DNA of 64,000 bases. Source: Amoebophrya sp. A120. Lineage: Eukaryota > Protista > Dinoflagellata. Below are positions 1 to 13,990 of the stretch, piece after piece (the first letter of the stretch is position 1; each line of letters opens with the position of its first letter). The notes beneath the pieces were generated by a model. That model made no database searches. It was not told where the DNA came from and saw only the letters and a program-made list of their open reading frames with translations. Location: contig CAJINV010000018.1 in the NCBI GenBank assembly GCA_905178155.1, positions 68,479-132,478 on the forward strand, written 5' to 3'. The translations under genes and the position numbers were made by a program.

Positions 1-1300
1 GGGGAAAACATATCGAGACCATCGTCTTCATCGTCGCACCCACCATTGTCAAAACATCGCCAGGGTCGTGGAGAAACATGCTCAAAAAATCCAAGCTTTT
101 CTAGTTCTTTGTGAAAGTGTAACTGTGAGAATGTAATTGTGAAAGTAGAGGACACGCTACGCCACGTGGCACTACTCATAACCATTAGCGCGGTGTGCTG
201 TATTCTAGCGCGGTTCCTGCTCCGTTCATTTCTCGGAAAAAAATGTTTCTCGAAAACCAGCCGTGTTGTGCTTTAATTGCTAGGAACGACAAAAATGGCC
301 CTTGAATTCTGGTTCCCGTGGTCCTGTGTCCGGGCAAGGCTCTAAAGGCGATCTATTTGTTCTTCGCTTTTCTTGTCGATGTCCTCTTTATTCTGCATTT
401 CAAGATCTAACCTTGCAGATCTGGTCAAAGCAGGTTGCTCACCTTCTATGCTTTCATCATTCGAATAATACTATACTAACACTTGTTTACGAAAATGCTT
501 TTATTCTGGATGATCTGTAGCCTAGTTATGATACCTCTACCGAGGCTAACTTCTTCTGCAGACGATCTGAAGTCGTTGTAGATCACAATATTTGTGCGAG
601 AATTAGCACCGCTGAGGCAACCCACGTCACACACGACGAAAAGCACTGCCGAGGCGACACTCGTACGTTGTATGATTTTCACCGTTCCCTCTCCATCGAA
701 GACCTCAGCGCTTCCTTCATGGTTGTCGTTGGGTCGACACAGGGAGGACTCCGGTGGATGTTACACACTGCTTTCTTGTTTCAAAGTGGGACTCTGCAGT
801 GGCAGACTGACGTGCCTGTACGAGCGCACTCGTTGTCGGATACAGCTTTTTGAAAGGAGCGCCTGCTTTGTGTTTTTCGAACAGACCGTCTCGAGCAGGA
901 GGCGGCATGATGGGTCTGTGCTGTTGTCTTTGGTTCTTCTCGTTCAAGAAAATGGGTAAAGCCGCGTCAACAGTCGACACTTGCTCTCCATATTTCATTT
1001 TACATTCTCGATCAAGAGGTAGGGGTTTGTAAATCAAAGGGATAAATCAAAGGCAAACGCAAAATAAAAAAGGTACTTGCCGATACATAAGACGTAGTGA
1101 GTTCTACTCCATTTTTGTGAACAGGAAAAGAAGTTCCGAACAACTTTTGATTATCTCCTTGTAGAAAAAAAAGTGCCTCGATCTCTTTGCCGAAATATCG
1201 AAATGTGACCGGCATTCGAGTGTTGTGAGTCTAGGAAAAAATAGATGTTTTGTGAGTGGCAGCACATTGCGTTCGACAAAGTCACGTAGTTTTGAATGCC

Positions 1301-2392
1301 TCAAAAGATTTCCTGCACGCCGTCCTGAAAGCCGACGCGATCACTCTGAAGATTTTGAGCATCTTCCGGCTTCAGCATGTTTAGCGCAAGAACTTCATCT
1401 GGCGAAAAACCCGTTTCAATGATTGCGCGGAAAACTTTAGGCCATCCGAGCTCCACTATTCGGTAGAACCTATCCGCGGCTTGCAAACGCGCGCGAAGTT
1501 CCGCTTGCTGTTCCTCGTCGTCGAAGGGAGCCTCTGCTTCTGCAGCCGCCAGGGTTCGCTGAGAAATCCAGACTTTTATCGGTCGGTCCGTGACAAACTT
1601 TTCCGCGCGGTCGTCTTTCAGCCTGCCGGTGTTAAAGTACTGATCACAATGCAGATACTCTAGTCCAGTTCCGTAATTCTCGGCTCTGCGGACTCCCGCG
1701 AACACGCCGTGTTTGGTCTCGTGGGCATGTCCTGGACGAAGCTGCAGCGTCCGGTCGTCAAGAAGCGCTTTAAGCATCTCATCGTTCCACAAGTCGCCGG
1801 TCAGCAAATCCAGATCGCGAGTATCGACCTCGCCCTCCCCCGGAAAAACCAATTTGAAGTCGTAGTTACGAATGGGGATGACGAGAAAGCCGCCCTTCCC
1901 ACCGGCCGCGATTCTGTTGTCACACAGAGAGCTACTCGCGCCAGAGTGGTGGCTAACGCTACCGTCCAGTTTTTCCCGAAGAACATCGGCGGGAACGGGT
2001 TTTTCCTCATTATCCAAGGCGACGTCATGGCAACATTCTTCTCCTGTGATCTCGTCGTCTGCCAGCGCAAGCGGCATGCCTAGAACAAGTTGCTGCGGGT
2101 AGAACTGCAAACACAGATATCCACCCGGCGAGGTGCCGTCCACGTAGTGGCTCATCTGCTGCATGCGAACGTCATATATCGCACATGGTGTTCCCTCGTG
2201 GTCCTTGTCAGCGCAAAACCGCCGGCTTCGCAGGCGATCACATAATGCATGCTCACTGATGTCACGTCCTGTCTCAGGGCAGTAGGCCCGAAGGCGACAC
2301 GACGACAGCACTTGATCGTCGACTTCTTCCGTGCTCTTTTCGCAAACTAGATCTACCTCCACTGTTTCCGCTCCGCCGGAAGCGACGGCCAT
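1301..2392 (-). CDS. hypothetical protein (363-aa ORF, may have an upstream exon)
   Basis: Long open frame with protein-like composition. A possible acceptor (ttgcacag on minus) lies just upstream at ~2410. No domain recognised. Confidence 0.65.
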   Translation of the reverse strand: MAVASGGAETVEVDLVCEKSTEEVDDQVLSSCRLRAYCPETGRDISEHALCDRLRSRRFCADKDHEGTPCAIYDVRMQQMSHYVDGTSPGGYLCLQFYPQQLVLGMPLALADDEITGEECCHDVALDNEEKPVPADVLREKLDGSVSHHSGASSSLCDNRIAAGGKGGFLVIPIRNYDFKLVFPGEGEVDTRDLDLLTGDLWNDEMLKALLDDRTLQLRPGHAHETKHGVFAGVRRAENYGTGLEYLHCDQYFNTGRLKDDRAEKFVTDRPIKVWISQRTLAAAEAEAPFDDEEQQAELRARLQAADRFYRIVELGWPKVFRAIIETGFSPDEVLALNMLKPEDAQNLQSDRVGFQDGVQEIF

Positions 2393-3871
2393 AGCGGTAT
2401 CGGCGTCACCTGTGCAAAGTTGATTATGCTAATTCTCATATCTTGCTTGAGCAGAAATCTTCGTTGCTGTTTTGAATCTGCTGCAAAAAAAATCAACCTG
2501 AATCAAGAATTCCTTTTCTGATAGAGTACCTAGCTCTTCATTCAAAAGTAGGCGGAAAATATTGTAAGTTAGTACCCTCATTTGCATGCGCTGTGGCGTC
2601 ATGCCTGCCAAGAAACTGTTGAGGCCGGGGCGCTTGCTCCGTGCTCCCTTCCTCGGTGGTCCGCAGAACAGGGAGCTTGCACCGCATGGACACCCAATGG
2701 GTCGTCATCGGCGTTCCCGTAATGGCACTGGGAACCGCGGCTGGTTGCGCAGCGCGACAGAGAGATTGCGAAAGACATACAGGCGTACTTTGCGGCAAAT
2801 ATCCAAGTGTTCACCATAGTGGACTAGTCTTCCCCACTGTGGTAGCCATTACTCATACGGGGAATTTAGATTTTCTGAAACAAACTCACTCAAAACAAAT
2901 TCCCGTGCTTTTTTGTGAAGTGTTTCGAGGGGTATGGAAATAATCGGAAAAATTATATTTGTTGGCTTTCATCAAACAAAAGGTTGAAAAATATGAGGAG
3001 CACTCTGTTCTTGTACCTACTCACAGTTGCTTGCCTGTTGAGGAGTGTGAATCGGGGATCTTGATATATCCGAAAACGAAAAGCCGTAGGGCATTTGAAC
3101 TGGAAATCAGAACGAAAATTCAATCGTGGTTTATCTTCGGTCAGAGCCAGCTTCGCAGCTCGCACTGCTTAGCTACACTTGCAGGCACCAATCACGAAAA
3201 AATTTACGTTCTGCATTTTTTATTCGTCTTCTTGCAACAACATAGACCTAGTATGAGTGAAAGATCATGTCGCAATGCTATTCCAGTCCATTATTATCAC
3301 GGGAGAAAAGCGTCAGTGGCACGGAGCATCTGCGCATTGGTGGATCATTTTCATTTATCTGTTCATGCAATGCTTGGTGGAACACTGTCTGGACAGCCGG
3401 AATTCCTGTCCGGGCGTAGGTGGTGATACAAACGCATGAAGTTGTCCAATGTTCGGAAACGAAATTCCACCTCTACTTGTCCAGCATGCGATTCATTTTT
3501 TCCTTGCTTCTCAGACGGGCTGAAACTTACAGCTATCGTCTTTGTTTTCTCTTTATCCTGGTTTGTTGCCAACACTAGCAAATGTCTTGCAGTGGCATTG
3601 GGGAAAAAGTGAAACACCAGGTATCAGCAAGTTCGTAGAGCTGCTTGAAAGTAGTAGCAAGTGCCAGCACTTCGCAACAGGTGCGAAGTGTGCGTGTCGG
3701 GCAAACATACAAATCTCTCTATGGCCATCCGTCACCAACCATAATGGACACGATGAGACTCGGGAAAGGGCTCACACTCCGTCTGCTCCACGAACCGGCA
3801 CTATGGAACAAAAGAAATTTGCACCGCCATCAGTTTCTCTTATGCTTTTTCCATATTCATTTCAGTCATCA

Positions 3872-5889
3872 TCATGAGATCATCATCAACATAATACTCG
3901 GAACTGATACATGAATTCCAGCCGCAAGCCCGTGCAGGAGGAGGAGCCAAGCATCGTTATATAAGCTTTCCTTTTTGCCAGAAAAAATGTTTGTATAGGT
4001 GTGGCTGATCATGCAAAGGCGAGCTGATCGAGGTTGATTTCTTGCGTTTTTTAACTGCGCGAGGATCGGATCTACCTGAGCCAGGTACTGCCGTTTGTAG
4101 TCCTCATCGTCCTGCAGGTCAAGTCGAAAAGGTAGATCTGCATGCTCGCGAAAGAATTCGACGAAGGGCTCAAGTGTTTTGTACGTATCCAACCAGTCAG
4201 TTTGAAGTTTGTTTAATTCGTCATCCGCCGGAAAGGAAAACCGCACGACGCCGAGTTTCTGTAGGAGCGGGATGTTCCTTTCGGTAAAAAATGCGTGCAT
4301 CAATTCCACGTACAGTACGAGGTTCTGGTCGACCATGAACCAGAGGTCGATTCCCTGGGCATCGGGTTTATTCAACAGAATGAACTTCAAATCTTCGACG
4401 GCCTGCTGAAAAACATCAACGTCATGGACACCCCAGATGCGGAACCGCTGGATAGGGGCCGTGGACTCCGCAATACCATCGCGCATTCTGGCCAGGACCG
4501 CCGGAGTGAGCGTGAGGGTGCTCAAAGCTCTGCTGCTGTCGGTTTTCAGATATTCACGTATTTCGTCGAGCCCCTCATCGATCAATGGTTGCGCGTCTGC
4601 GTCTGGTGACTTGCTAGCCAATCCGTCGATCTGGACTCCCCAGCGAGGTGCCCGGAGAGTTTCCTTAGACTCAGCGTCGACCACGACAAGGTCCTGCAAG
4701 GCTCGAAGCTTCACCAAAGCACCACCAATGCCCCGTAAATTTCCGCCGACGACAAAGAGCTTCTTTAGCGTGGCTGCAGCGTGGTCGTTCTGGGCTAACG
4801 GCTGCCACAATGACGCTTCGAGGGTCTGCCCCGTCTTTCCATTCCAATAAATTTCGAGCTCCTCCAGCTGCGGAGCATGCCGAAAGAATTCTCCCAAGCC
4901 GTTCTGGATTGCGTCCTCATTAAAGTGCTCGTGGGCATCGGCACCGTCCTCGAAGGCGTGGAGGAAGATTGCAAAACGCTTTACCGCGGTAAAAAGCAGC
5001 GCGCAGGGGTTCGGGCGTTTGGAGTTGGCCGCCAGGAAGCCGAAGAACTTCTTTTGCCTTTCTGCTGGCCATTTGTCAGTCCATTGCCCTTTTGCATAGT
5101 TGTTCATGAAAGTGCCACGGCATTCCAGTTTTAGGTTTTCGATTTCGCCCAAGCTCAGGCAATCCTGAAAATACGACGGTGCTCCAGACAGCATGTATTG
5201 CGCAAGGGGTTTCGTCTCCCATGGTTCTTTTAGCGCGGGGCTATTGCTGGGCCCAGAAATGGTATCGCTAAATTCGAATTGCAACCGCCCGGAGCCATGC
5301 CGAGATCCTTCACCCCCATCGACATCCATTGCATCCTGACATTTGAATGTTTTGTCTCGTCGTGCCTTTCCGAGTAGATTTTGCTGTGTTATAAATTGAC
5401 GCACGAATCCAAGGTGATAATTTCGTTGGGGCAACACGAGACCATTTTTGTTTGCATCATCAAGGTGATCGTTCGACGCCTCGCCCAACATATCTGCACT
5501 TCGAGCAGTGTACAATAACAAGGTAATGGCATCATGTGGGTGGAGATTTACTGACGAATCATTTTTACCGAGATATCGGGGGCTTCTACCGCCGGGATCA
5601 ACTCCCGAAATTTGATCGTCAGCGGATTGCTTTCCAGTACTGCGTCTTCTCCCTCTGCAGAACTCACGACTCTGTCCAGGTTGACACAAGACCAGTGCCA
5701 CGGTGCAGACGTTGCGTCCTCTTGCTTCAGCTGATCGTGGATCACTTTTCGCAGGTGCGGCACGTAAACTTCATCGGTGCCAGGACGGAGGGGAATGTCG
5801 TCTTTTCCCAACAGAACCTCTCGCACTCCCCCCGACCTCTTTAAGAGGGAAATCGGAACGGGAGTCGTGGCAGCAGTGGCGGCGCGCAT
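3872..5889 (-). CDS. protein with an N-terminal ubiquitin-like-looking domain and degenerate LRR/RNI-like repeats; two exons joined by a GT-AG intron at 5494-5555
   Basis: Exon 1 (ATG 5889, PVPISLLKRSGGVREV...VPHLRKVI) joins the 609-aa ORF in frame across gtcagt...gtgcag, giving KMIHMLGEASND. LRR-like segments include APQLEELEIYW, TLKKLFVVG and LRALQDLVVVD. Domain names are inferred from motif appearance. Confidence 0.6.
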
Positions 5890-6367
5890 CCTTGTTGCTG
5901 CAATTACAACTGGACAAATGGCGGCCACAGCGGCGATGCGGGGAAGCCGCAACTTCACAGAAGTCAAACGCCTTTTCGACCCGTGCGTTCTCCAAGCTGC
6001 GCTCGCGGTTTTCAAAGTATTCCAATTCAACGTCAGATTGATTAGGAAGGGAGAAGGCACGGTCATGATTTTCAGTTCATTCTACCACTACGTGGTGGGA
6101 CAATAGTTCTTTCGGATTCGGAGGTATGGTGAAGTCACTACGCTAAGAATGAGATACATAAAACCGAAAACACAATATGTAGACTTTTTCTCGTACCTAT
6201 AAACTACACGATCGCTTTTTTTCTGCCACTATTGCGAGAAAACCAATCTCGTTCGAACAGTGATACACTTTCTTTCTTTCTTTCTTTCTTTCCATGCCTG
6301 GGCATGGCGTCAATTGTTCGAACAATGATACACTTTTTTTGCGATGATCAATGAAAATTCACCTCTT

Positions 6368-9270
6368 TTAGGGGTTGAAAGAATTAAGTTTTTGGTCAAG
6401 GTTTTGATTTGCGATTTTTCATTTTTTTTCTCCTCGCTCTGAATGGAAAAGGAAAGCGCAGACCATCCAGCCGAAAAAGCTCGCTGCGCCGATATCAACA
6501 TCTCGGCCGGTATCCAGACCAGCAGAAGCCGGGCAAAATGGAGGCCGCGCGCTTGCTGCTTCCAACCTCTCCCCCGGGTGAATACGATGAAGCCGCGGCG
6601 GCATTTTTCTCGGCTTCTGCTGACCTGGACTGCTGGCCAAGATATTAGCCTCGGCACCTCCCCAGAAGAACCCCAGACGCATTCCATCCGCCGCGAGGTA
6701 TTTGGGGCGCCGGGCTGCTGGCCCGGCTTCTCCGCCCCCAGATCTCATCCTGCGGTGGCGCGTATCGGGGTCCGGGGGAAGAGGCTGAGCAGCTGCGGGC
6801 TTGCCCGGCTGGAGGTTTGGCCGGGTCCCGGTTGCCGCCAAGGCGGCAAGTTCTCGGGTGGGCCTTTTCATGACAAAAGCGCACCAAAATGGAAGCAGGT
6901 TCTGATTTTTTCCGGGAGCTTTCCCCGGACTAACGCTTACGCCTTTGCCCCTGCCCTGGCCCCCCCCTTTCGGCCGAACTTGGTGGCCAAAACTGGGCCG
7001 ACGCGGGCGCCCATATCTTGGCCTGGCGGCCTGCCTTTTCCTGCGAGTTCCCTGGAGCAAATGGCAGGGCGCCCGGCTTCTCTGGCCCCGCATCCCGTTC
7101 CGCAATCTTGCGGGACGCCGTCCGGAGGCAAAGGTAGAGCACCTTCCTGGCCAACCACAGAGATGCTTGTCCCTGTAGTGGCTGCCGCCAAAGCGGCAAG
7201 AGGTTGGCCAGGGTTTTGCTCAGAAGAGGCTCACGGACATGGACGCAAAGACTTACTTTTCCCGGGAGCTTCCCCCGACCTGGAAAAGTACGCTTTTGCT
7301 TTCGCTTTGTGCTTCATCTTGGGGCCGAAAGTGCGGAGCCGAGCTGCGCCGATATGCTTGCCCATATCGTGTCGGGGCGGCCTGCTTCGTCGTGCAAGCC
7401 ACCTGGAGCAACTGGCAGGGCGCCCGGCTTCTCTGCCCCCGGATCTCGTTCCACAATCTTGCGGGACGACGGGAGGAGGCAGAGGTAGAGCACCTTAACG
7501 GCCAACGACGGATATGCCTGTCCCTGTGATGGCTGCCGCCAAAGCGGCAGGGTTTTGGTCAGGGTTTTGCTCCGAAAAGGCTCACCGCAATCGAAACAAA
7601 AACTTACTTTTTTCGGGAGCTTCCCCCGAGCTAATAAAATAAGTTTTTGCTTTCGCTTTGCCCTCCTTTTTGTGGCTGAAAGTGTGGAGCTGTTCTGGGC
7701 CGGTATGTTCGCCCACATCGTGCCCAGACAACCTACCTGGCCCTGCAAGTTACTTGGAGCATATGGCAGGGCGCCCGCCTTTTCTGCCTCCGGATCTCGC
7801 TCCGCAATCTTGCGCGGCGACGTGCGGAGGCAGAGGTAGATCACCTTCCTGGCCAGCCACAGAGATGCTTGGCTCTGAGGTGTCCGCCGTCGACCTCATC
7901 TTCAAGCCAAAACCTTATTTTATTAGGTCGCGTTTCGGACAAAAAAAAACTAAGGTTTAGGTTTGGAGATGAGGTCGACAACCCAACCGCAAAGATCGCC
8001 CTCTCTTTTTGCGGTCCACTTCCTGCTGGGCCACTCGCAGTGGCTGGAGGCTGGCCATGGCCGGCCCGTAGGAACTTGACCTCAAAAAGAGAGGCCGACT
8101 TTTGTCGGCTGGGTATAACGAGCTCATTTCAAATCAAAAACTTAGTTTTTTTTTTTCCGAAACACGAGCTAAAAAAATAAGTTTTTGCTTTCGACACGAG
8201 CTCCGAAAGCAGCCCCGGAAAGCAGACCTCTTGTTGTGGCCGGGATTTTGCCCAGTCAATCTCCGGCGGCGGATGTTGGCCATGCCTAGACCCGCACACC
8301 CGGGTGGCCGATTTGACGACAAAGACATACCGTACTAGCTCGGGGGAAGCCCCGGGAAAACCGGGCTTCCGACCTCATCTCCAAGCCAAAACCTTAATTA
8401 TTCTTTCTCCGCAACGCCACCTAATGTAATAAAATAAGGCTTTGGTTTGCAGATGAGGTCGGCGGCGGACGCCTCAGAAACAGGCGTCCCTTTGGTTGGC
8501 CAGGAGGGTGGTCTACCTCTGCCTCCGAACATTGTCCCGCAAGATTGCGGAGCGAGATCCTGAGGCAGAGCAACCGGGCACCCTGTCACTTGCCCCAAGT
8601 AACTTGCAGGGCCAGGTAGGTTGTCTGGGCACGATGTGGGCGAACATACCGGCCCAGAACAGCTCCACACTTTCAGCCACAAAAAGGAGGGCAAAGCGAA
8701 AGCAAAAACTTATTTTATTAGCTCGGGGGAAGCTCCCGAAAAAAGTAAGTTTTTGCTTCGATTGCGGTGAGCCTTTTCGGAGCAAAACCCTGACCAAAAC
8801 CCTGCCGCTTTGGCGGCAGCCATCACAGGGGCAAGCATCTCTTTGGCTGGCCAGGATGGTGATCTACCTCTGCCTCCGAACGTTGTCCCGCAAGATTGCG
8901 GAACGAGATCCGGAGGCAGAAAAGCCGGGCAGCCTGCTCCGCGTACCAAGTAACGCGCGAGGCGAGGCGGCTTGCCTGGCGTAGATGCCAGCCTAGATCT
9001 CGAGGGAAATGCTGACCCCCAAATCAGCCAGCGCGCGCTCGTCAGAATTGTGGCGACACCTCGCACAAAATCTGGATCGGCATCAAGGTAGAAGGGCCTT
9101 CAGCTCTGAAGGCCCGGCGGCTTTGGTTTTGCCAGCCAGACGAAATACGAACCAAGGCACCACCTGGACAACTGCCGGGCGGTGCGAAGAGGGACAAAGG
9201 CGGGGGCTGCGAAATCTATGAAACCACGAACCAAAACCCTGATGTAAACCTTAACTTTTTCAACCCTTAA
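6368..9270. mobile_element. ~2.9-kb non-autonomous foldback/TIR element
   Basis: Left end ttaggggttgaaagaattaagttttt matches the reverse complement of the right end (ttaagggttgaaaaaagttaaggttt). Flanks are cctctt/cgtctt (5/6). It contains ~350-bp tandem units and a long inverted duplication (ORFs 7555-7839+ and 8513-8797- are near-identical). Confidence 0.8.
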
Positions 9271-10992
9271 CGTCTTGTGTCGAAACTCAAGAGAGGTTCT
9301 AAATCTTATCGTGCGAGAAATCTAATGTAATGATGAAAAGCTAGGTGTGGTAAGGAAACGCTCAAGACACTCTAGATTTGTTTTTCTCTGTCCGATTGGA
9401 GGTCGAGACAATATTAATCACATCGATCCCTTGAATGCAACCGTGGAGCTGAGTACTCTAAGCAACAAAATTTGGATCCTAGAAGCTTTCTGATTGAGAT
9501 CCCTCCAAACTGGTACGAGCATCGATTACTTGCGGATCTCCGGATTCAGCAAATCAAGTCAGAGTTCCCTGCGTCTTCTCCCTGCGGATATTCAGTTGAG
9601 CTTGCAGAAATATCTTTCTTGAAATTAGATCTGCGAGGACCGCGGAGTCGGCAAGTCTGGGGATTTACGAAAGCCACGGGGGCCGCGGCTGAACAAAGGC
9701 CATATATGACGGTATACCATCTTTGACTGGCGTGCACAAGCAACATGAAGACTCCATCTCCACAATTCTTTTTCTTGCTACCTTCAGAACGGCCTAAAAG
9801 TAGGCAATGAAATTTTTCAACGAGCATCGTCCACGGCAAGCTAAAGCCAGCTTTTTCGAGTCCCTATTGCGCAGGGCTGGCGAAGCTAGCTTTTCTCAGG
9901 ATTCTGGTTCAGAAAATACAGTGGTCGTGAATCAGGTAAAACTCAAATCTAGAAAGCAGAGTCTTTGGCCAATTTGCCAAGAGCTATTGCCAGTGGCAAC
10001 TTTATCTTTCAAAAATCAAATCGACGTAGTGTATGTCTCCATGCTTTTATTCTTCTTTTGCGGCCGATTCTGATTCTTACGGCTCTCAAAGAAGAAAACA
10101 AGCTACAGGTCGAATCGAACAAAAAAGCTGGAAGCGAAGACTGATTTACATTTCTTTTATACGAGTATCGTATTTCGGACGATATTGAACTATGTACTGT
10201 CCTCGCAGGTCAGCGTCGAACAGTTCTTGTGGCGTGGCACGCTCATCATGAAAAACTTGTCACGTCAACATCGCCTTCTGATGCTTCCCCTGAGGCAGCT
10301 ACCGGTCTTGATATCAAAATAATGTTTAAAGTATTCACAAAAAAAGTAAGCCGATAAATAATTGTCTGTAAAATCTAAAAAAGTCGTAAGAGCCTGAATC
10401 TATATTCTCAAATCTAAAAAATAGCGCCACGCCACTCACTATGATTGCATGTTGATTCATCATATCTTGCAAGATAGTAAAGGCTGAAAACTTCCACCAC
10501 TGCCACTGCCTTTCTTACACGTAGCGACGAAACTGACGTCGTGGCAATATTTTTCTACTGAAAAACAATGAATGACGAGTGGCATCGGGGACGCATTCTC
10601 AGCCCGGAGGAAATTTCGTCCAAGCACATTTTTCGTCTGCCCTGCATCCACTACTGCGAAGCGGTATCGACTTCCGAGAATAACGGCATACGCGCGAATT
10701 TGGTGTTGATGCGAACCGGGTCGGTCCCTTGGTATCTTCGAATCATCAAGCTTCAAAGCGGCTCCTTGATGTCGGAAATGCAAGAAAGGCGTGAGCGCCA
10801 CACAGCAGAAAGTGGTTTCCGACAGAAAACGGAAGTTGTTTTGTTACAGCTACTCATGACCCCACTACGATGTGCCAACCTTCCGTGTAGATCAGCGAAA
10901 ATTTGTAGTTGTGTGCATGAAGATTCGATGAAGCACGGTTATTCATGAGATATATCGCGGTGGGGGTAATGCATATCGGCTGTGTTCATTCT

Positions 10993-11409
10993 CTACCTTG
11001 CATCATCCTTTACACGTACCTTCCTTTCAGATTTCCGCAAAGAGATTCTTGTCAATTCGATAGGCGTCGGTAAGTTTTTCCGCTGAATTCCTATCCGGTG
11101 CTGCAAGAGCTGAGGTGCTGCAGCGCGGTAGCTATGATTGCTATGAAAACTGTGTAGCATTTGCGGGCCGCGCGCCACTTCGTTCCGTAGGGCGTATCCT
11201 GCTTCACCTTCCTTCGCTTTGGCCTGCGGACTTTCCATTTTGAAGCCGTTTTCGTCCAAGGGGTCGAAGGGCATTATGTCAGCGCCATTTTGCCCTGCGT
11301 TCTGTATCACCAGGGCTTCTCGCATGTACATCTGGAGTCCTGTGATGGCCGGGTCAGTTCTATCTACCTTCATTTGCGCCGCAAGCGTATTGCGCTCCTT
11401 GTGCACCAA
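10993..11409 (-). CDS. hypothetical protein / exon
   Basis: 138-aa ORF with protein-like composition on the same strand as all other genes. Confidence 0.4.
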   Translation of the reverse strand: MVHKERNTLAAQMKVDRTDPAITGLQMYMREALVIQNAGQNGADIMPFDPLDENGFKMESPQAKAKEGEAGYALRNEVARGPQMLHSFHSNHSYRAAAPQLLQHRIGIQRKNLPTPIELTRISLRKSERKVRVKDDAR

Positions 11410-13101
11410 TGACGGTTGGCATCATAGTTAAAAAAGCGCCCTGCCAAATAATTCAAAGTGGTTTGGTTGCGTTGCGAAGTCAACTACCACTTTCATCGCC
11501 ACTTATGTCAAAGCGATAGACCTCCAGCACCGGGTGCCCGCAGTGTGGAACTCGTATTACACGACTTCTTCCGAAATTTTGCAACGGAAATATCAAGTGT
11601 GCCTAGGATTAGAAATACACTTGGGTATCGTAATAATGCAAATAGAGTTGTACGTATGCTTGTTCGCATTTGGACAGGGAACAATTTTGATTCACATAGA
11701 TCGTGCGGTGGGTGGATGGACAGGAGTCGCCTGCGGCAAATCTCGTCGTATCAACATGCAAACGCGTCCCGTCGAATAGAAAAGCTGCGGCTTGTTTCTA
11801 CTTGGAATCGCAACGATTGCTGGACTTCGTATGCGGCAGAAAGAAGGTTGCTACTACGAAGCAACACAGCTACGAGGCCTTCACTAAGTCCATCATACGA
11901 AAAGTTCTGTAGCTGGCCAAAATCAAGCTAGGTCTTTGGTGCCGAACTATTTCTCATGTCGAGATTTCGCCCGTAGAGCAATGCAAGCTGCGCTTTTGTC
12001 TTTGCACTGACATAAGAGACATGAAGGCTAGGAGCCAGGACAAGAGTCAAGTGCCGTTCTTTTCTGCGTGACGGAAAAAATTTTGCAAATCTGTTAAATC
12101 GCTGCACTCGTTCTCCTTCTCTAGAAACTCATACAGGGGCCGGGCTCGAGCTTGCGAGAGGGACTAGGGCATCCTGATGAAAACACGCCCCACGACACAA
12201 TAAATGGCACAACAGTGGTGTTTCGCACCCAGCAAAACAAGTTACCAGAAGTCACATTCGACCTGCCACTGAATCAATTTCTTTCCACCTGTTCAAAATA
12301 CTCAAGGGTCTCGCGGTTTCTGCTTTTCCACACGCGTCGCGACCATGTCATCTTTTTTTGGCGTGGGACGGGTTTTCAGTTCGGTAGGCTCTCCCTCAGG
12401 GGTGACTTTATGCAAGGAGTAGTCGTGCGGTCCAAATTATGGAGGTGAAAGAACAAGACCATGTCCTCGCTTCTACGTCGTGTCACTTAGGCACATGCAT
12501 GAAGTAAGTAGAGGCACTGAGTGCAGGTAGCGTAGGTCTCGCCACGTCTTGCTTCGGGAAAAGGACATAAGTAAGTACACATCTTTATTTCCTATGAAGT
12601 CGAAGAAAGCGTTTGCAGAAAATTTGTATAAAGATTGAGCAACCGACCAGGACCAAGTGCAAAATAAACGACCAGGCCAGCGGGTCTTTTTCATTGTTGG
12701 ATACCTTCTTTCCACTCTGTACCGCGTCCCACAGCTGTGTGTGCTTCTTTATTTGGTTTGGGGGCATATCCGGCAGGAGAAGCTCGCCCTTATCGTCTCT
12801 TTGTACCTCGTTGTCGTAGTATCAATGTGGCCAGAACACTCAAGTTCTTTAATGGGACATATTGCTCATCTCAATTCTGCATAACAAACTCTTTCTGGAA
12901 AGACAGCACTGTGGCTGTAAAGGAGAATGACGTGCAAAGAGGAACAACTTTCTGTGCACCTCCCGGGCCAGAGGATTGCAAACCGAAAAGTTCCGAAAAA
13001 TCGCCATGATCCGCATAAGAAATCAAGCCGGCGCTTCATCCTATGCATGATTCATTCTCTCGCAATATGTTCTCCAAGGTCATATAGTGTCGTTTGCACT
13101 T

Positions 13102-13990
13102 TCATAAATCGCCATGATCGCCCGGCTGGTGGTCCTTGTTGTAACAGCTCGGACCCATCGGGTGCGAGTTGGGGGCCAGTTGCACCTTTCCGTCTGCGTC
13201 GGCCTCCATTGGCAGGCCACTGATGGCACAGATGTGGGCATACCGAGGGTTACTACAACCGTCGCTGAGCGCGCACTTGTCCAGGCATTTGTCGACCTGC
13301 TCTGCTATTGTGCCTGCATATTTTTGATCTGGTTCTTTCAGGTCGCCTCCCTCAACTTTGCTGGGCAATTTGGTGCTCATTTGGTACGCAGCACTAGGCT
13401 GCCACCCATGGGGATACCCGCCGTTCGTTCGCTGGTTTTCGTAGTGCAGCTTCTTCTGGAACTCCTCGCGCGCCTCCTTGGGAAAGTCGACAAAAACGTC
13501 GTGCTGTGGGCGCACTTGGTTTTCTTTGTCCTCCACGATGACTCTATTATTCAACTCAATCTTGCCACTGTCGTGGTACATGTCTTCTCGCTTAATGTGG
13601 GGGTTGGTCTGCAATTCTGGCGGGGGCCCTTTCGGGGGAAAAGTTTTGTGGGGCCCGTAATATGTGTTCATAACTTTGGTTACCTCTTCTGCGTTATGGT
13701 TCACCCCTCGATCAAACTCATTCACGTAACTCCCCAGCAGCACATGGGACGCACCGTACGTTTGGCCGTCCACCTCGACGTGGGCCTTTTGGGAGTCTCT
13801 GTAATCCTTGACGCCGTGCTTTTCCTTTTTTTCTTTGTCCTTTTTCGCGATTCCCTGGATCTTCTTATTCACATGCGCGTCCCAGCTCTTATTTGACCCT
13901 TCCCAAGTGTTTTCGTAGGTAGGCTGCGAGGCATCTGGTTCCGCGCCCGGATTGACCTTCAAGCCGGGAACAAGGACTTCGCCCTGACCT
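13102..13990 (-). CDS. hypothetical protein, terminal exon with Cys-rich C-terminus
   Basis: 286-aa ORF with a ctgcag acceptor at ~13990. The C-terminus reads DKCLDKCALSDGCSNPRYAHIC...SCY. Confidence 0.6.

Noticed and set aside
6409-9221. Many overlapping ORFs up to 351 aa
   Set aside because: They lie in GC-rich tandem and inverted repeats, recur on both strands and show no protein motifs.
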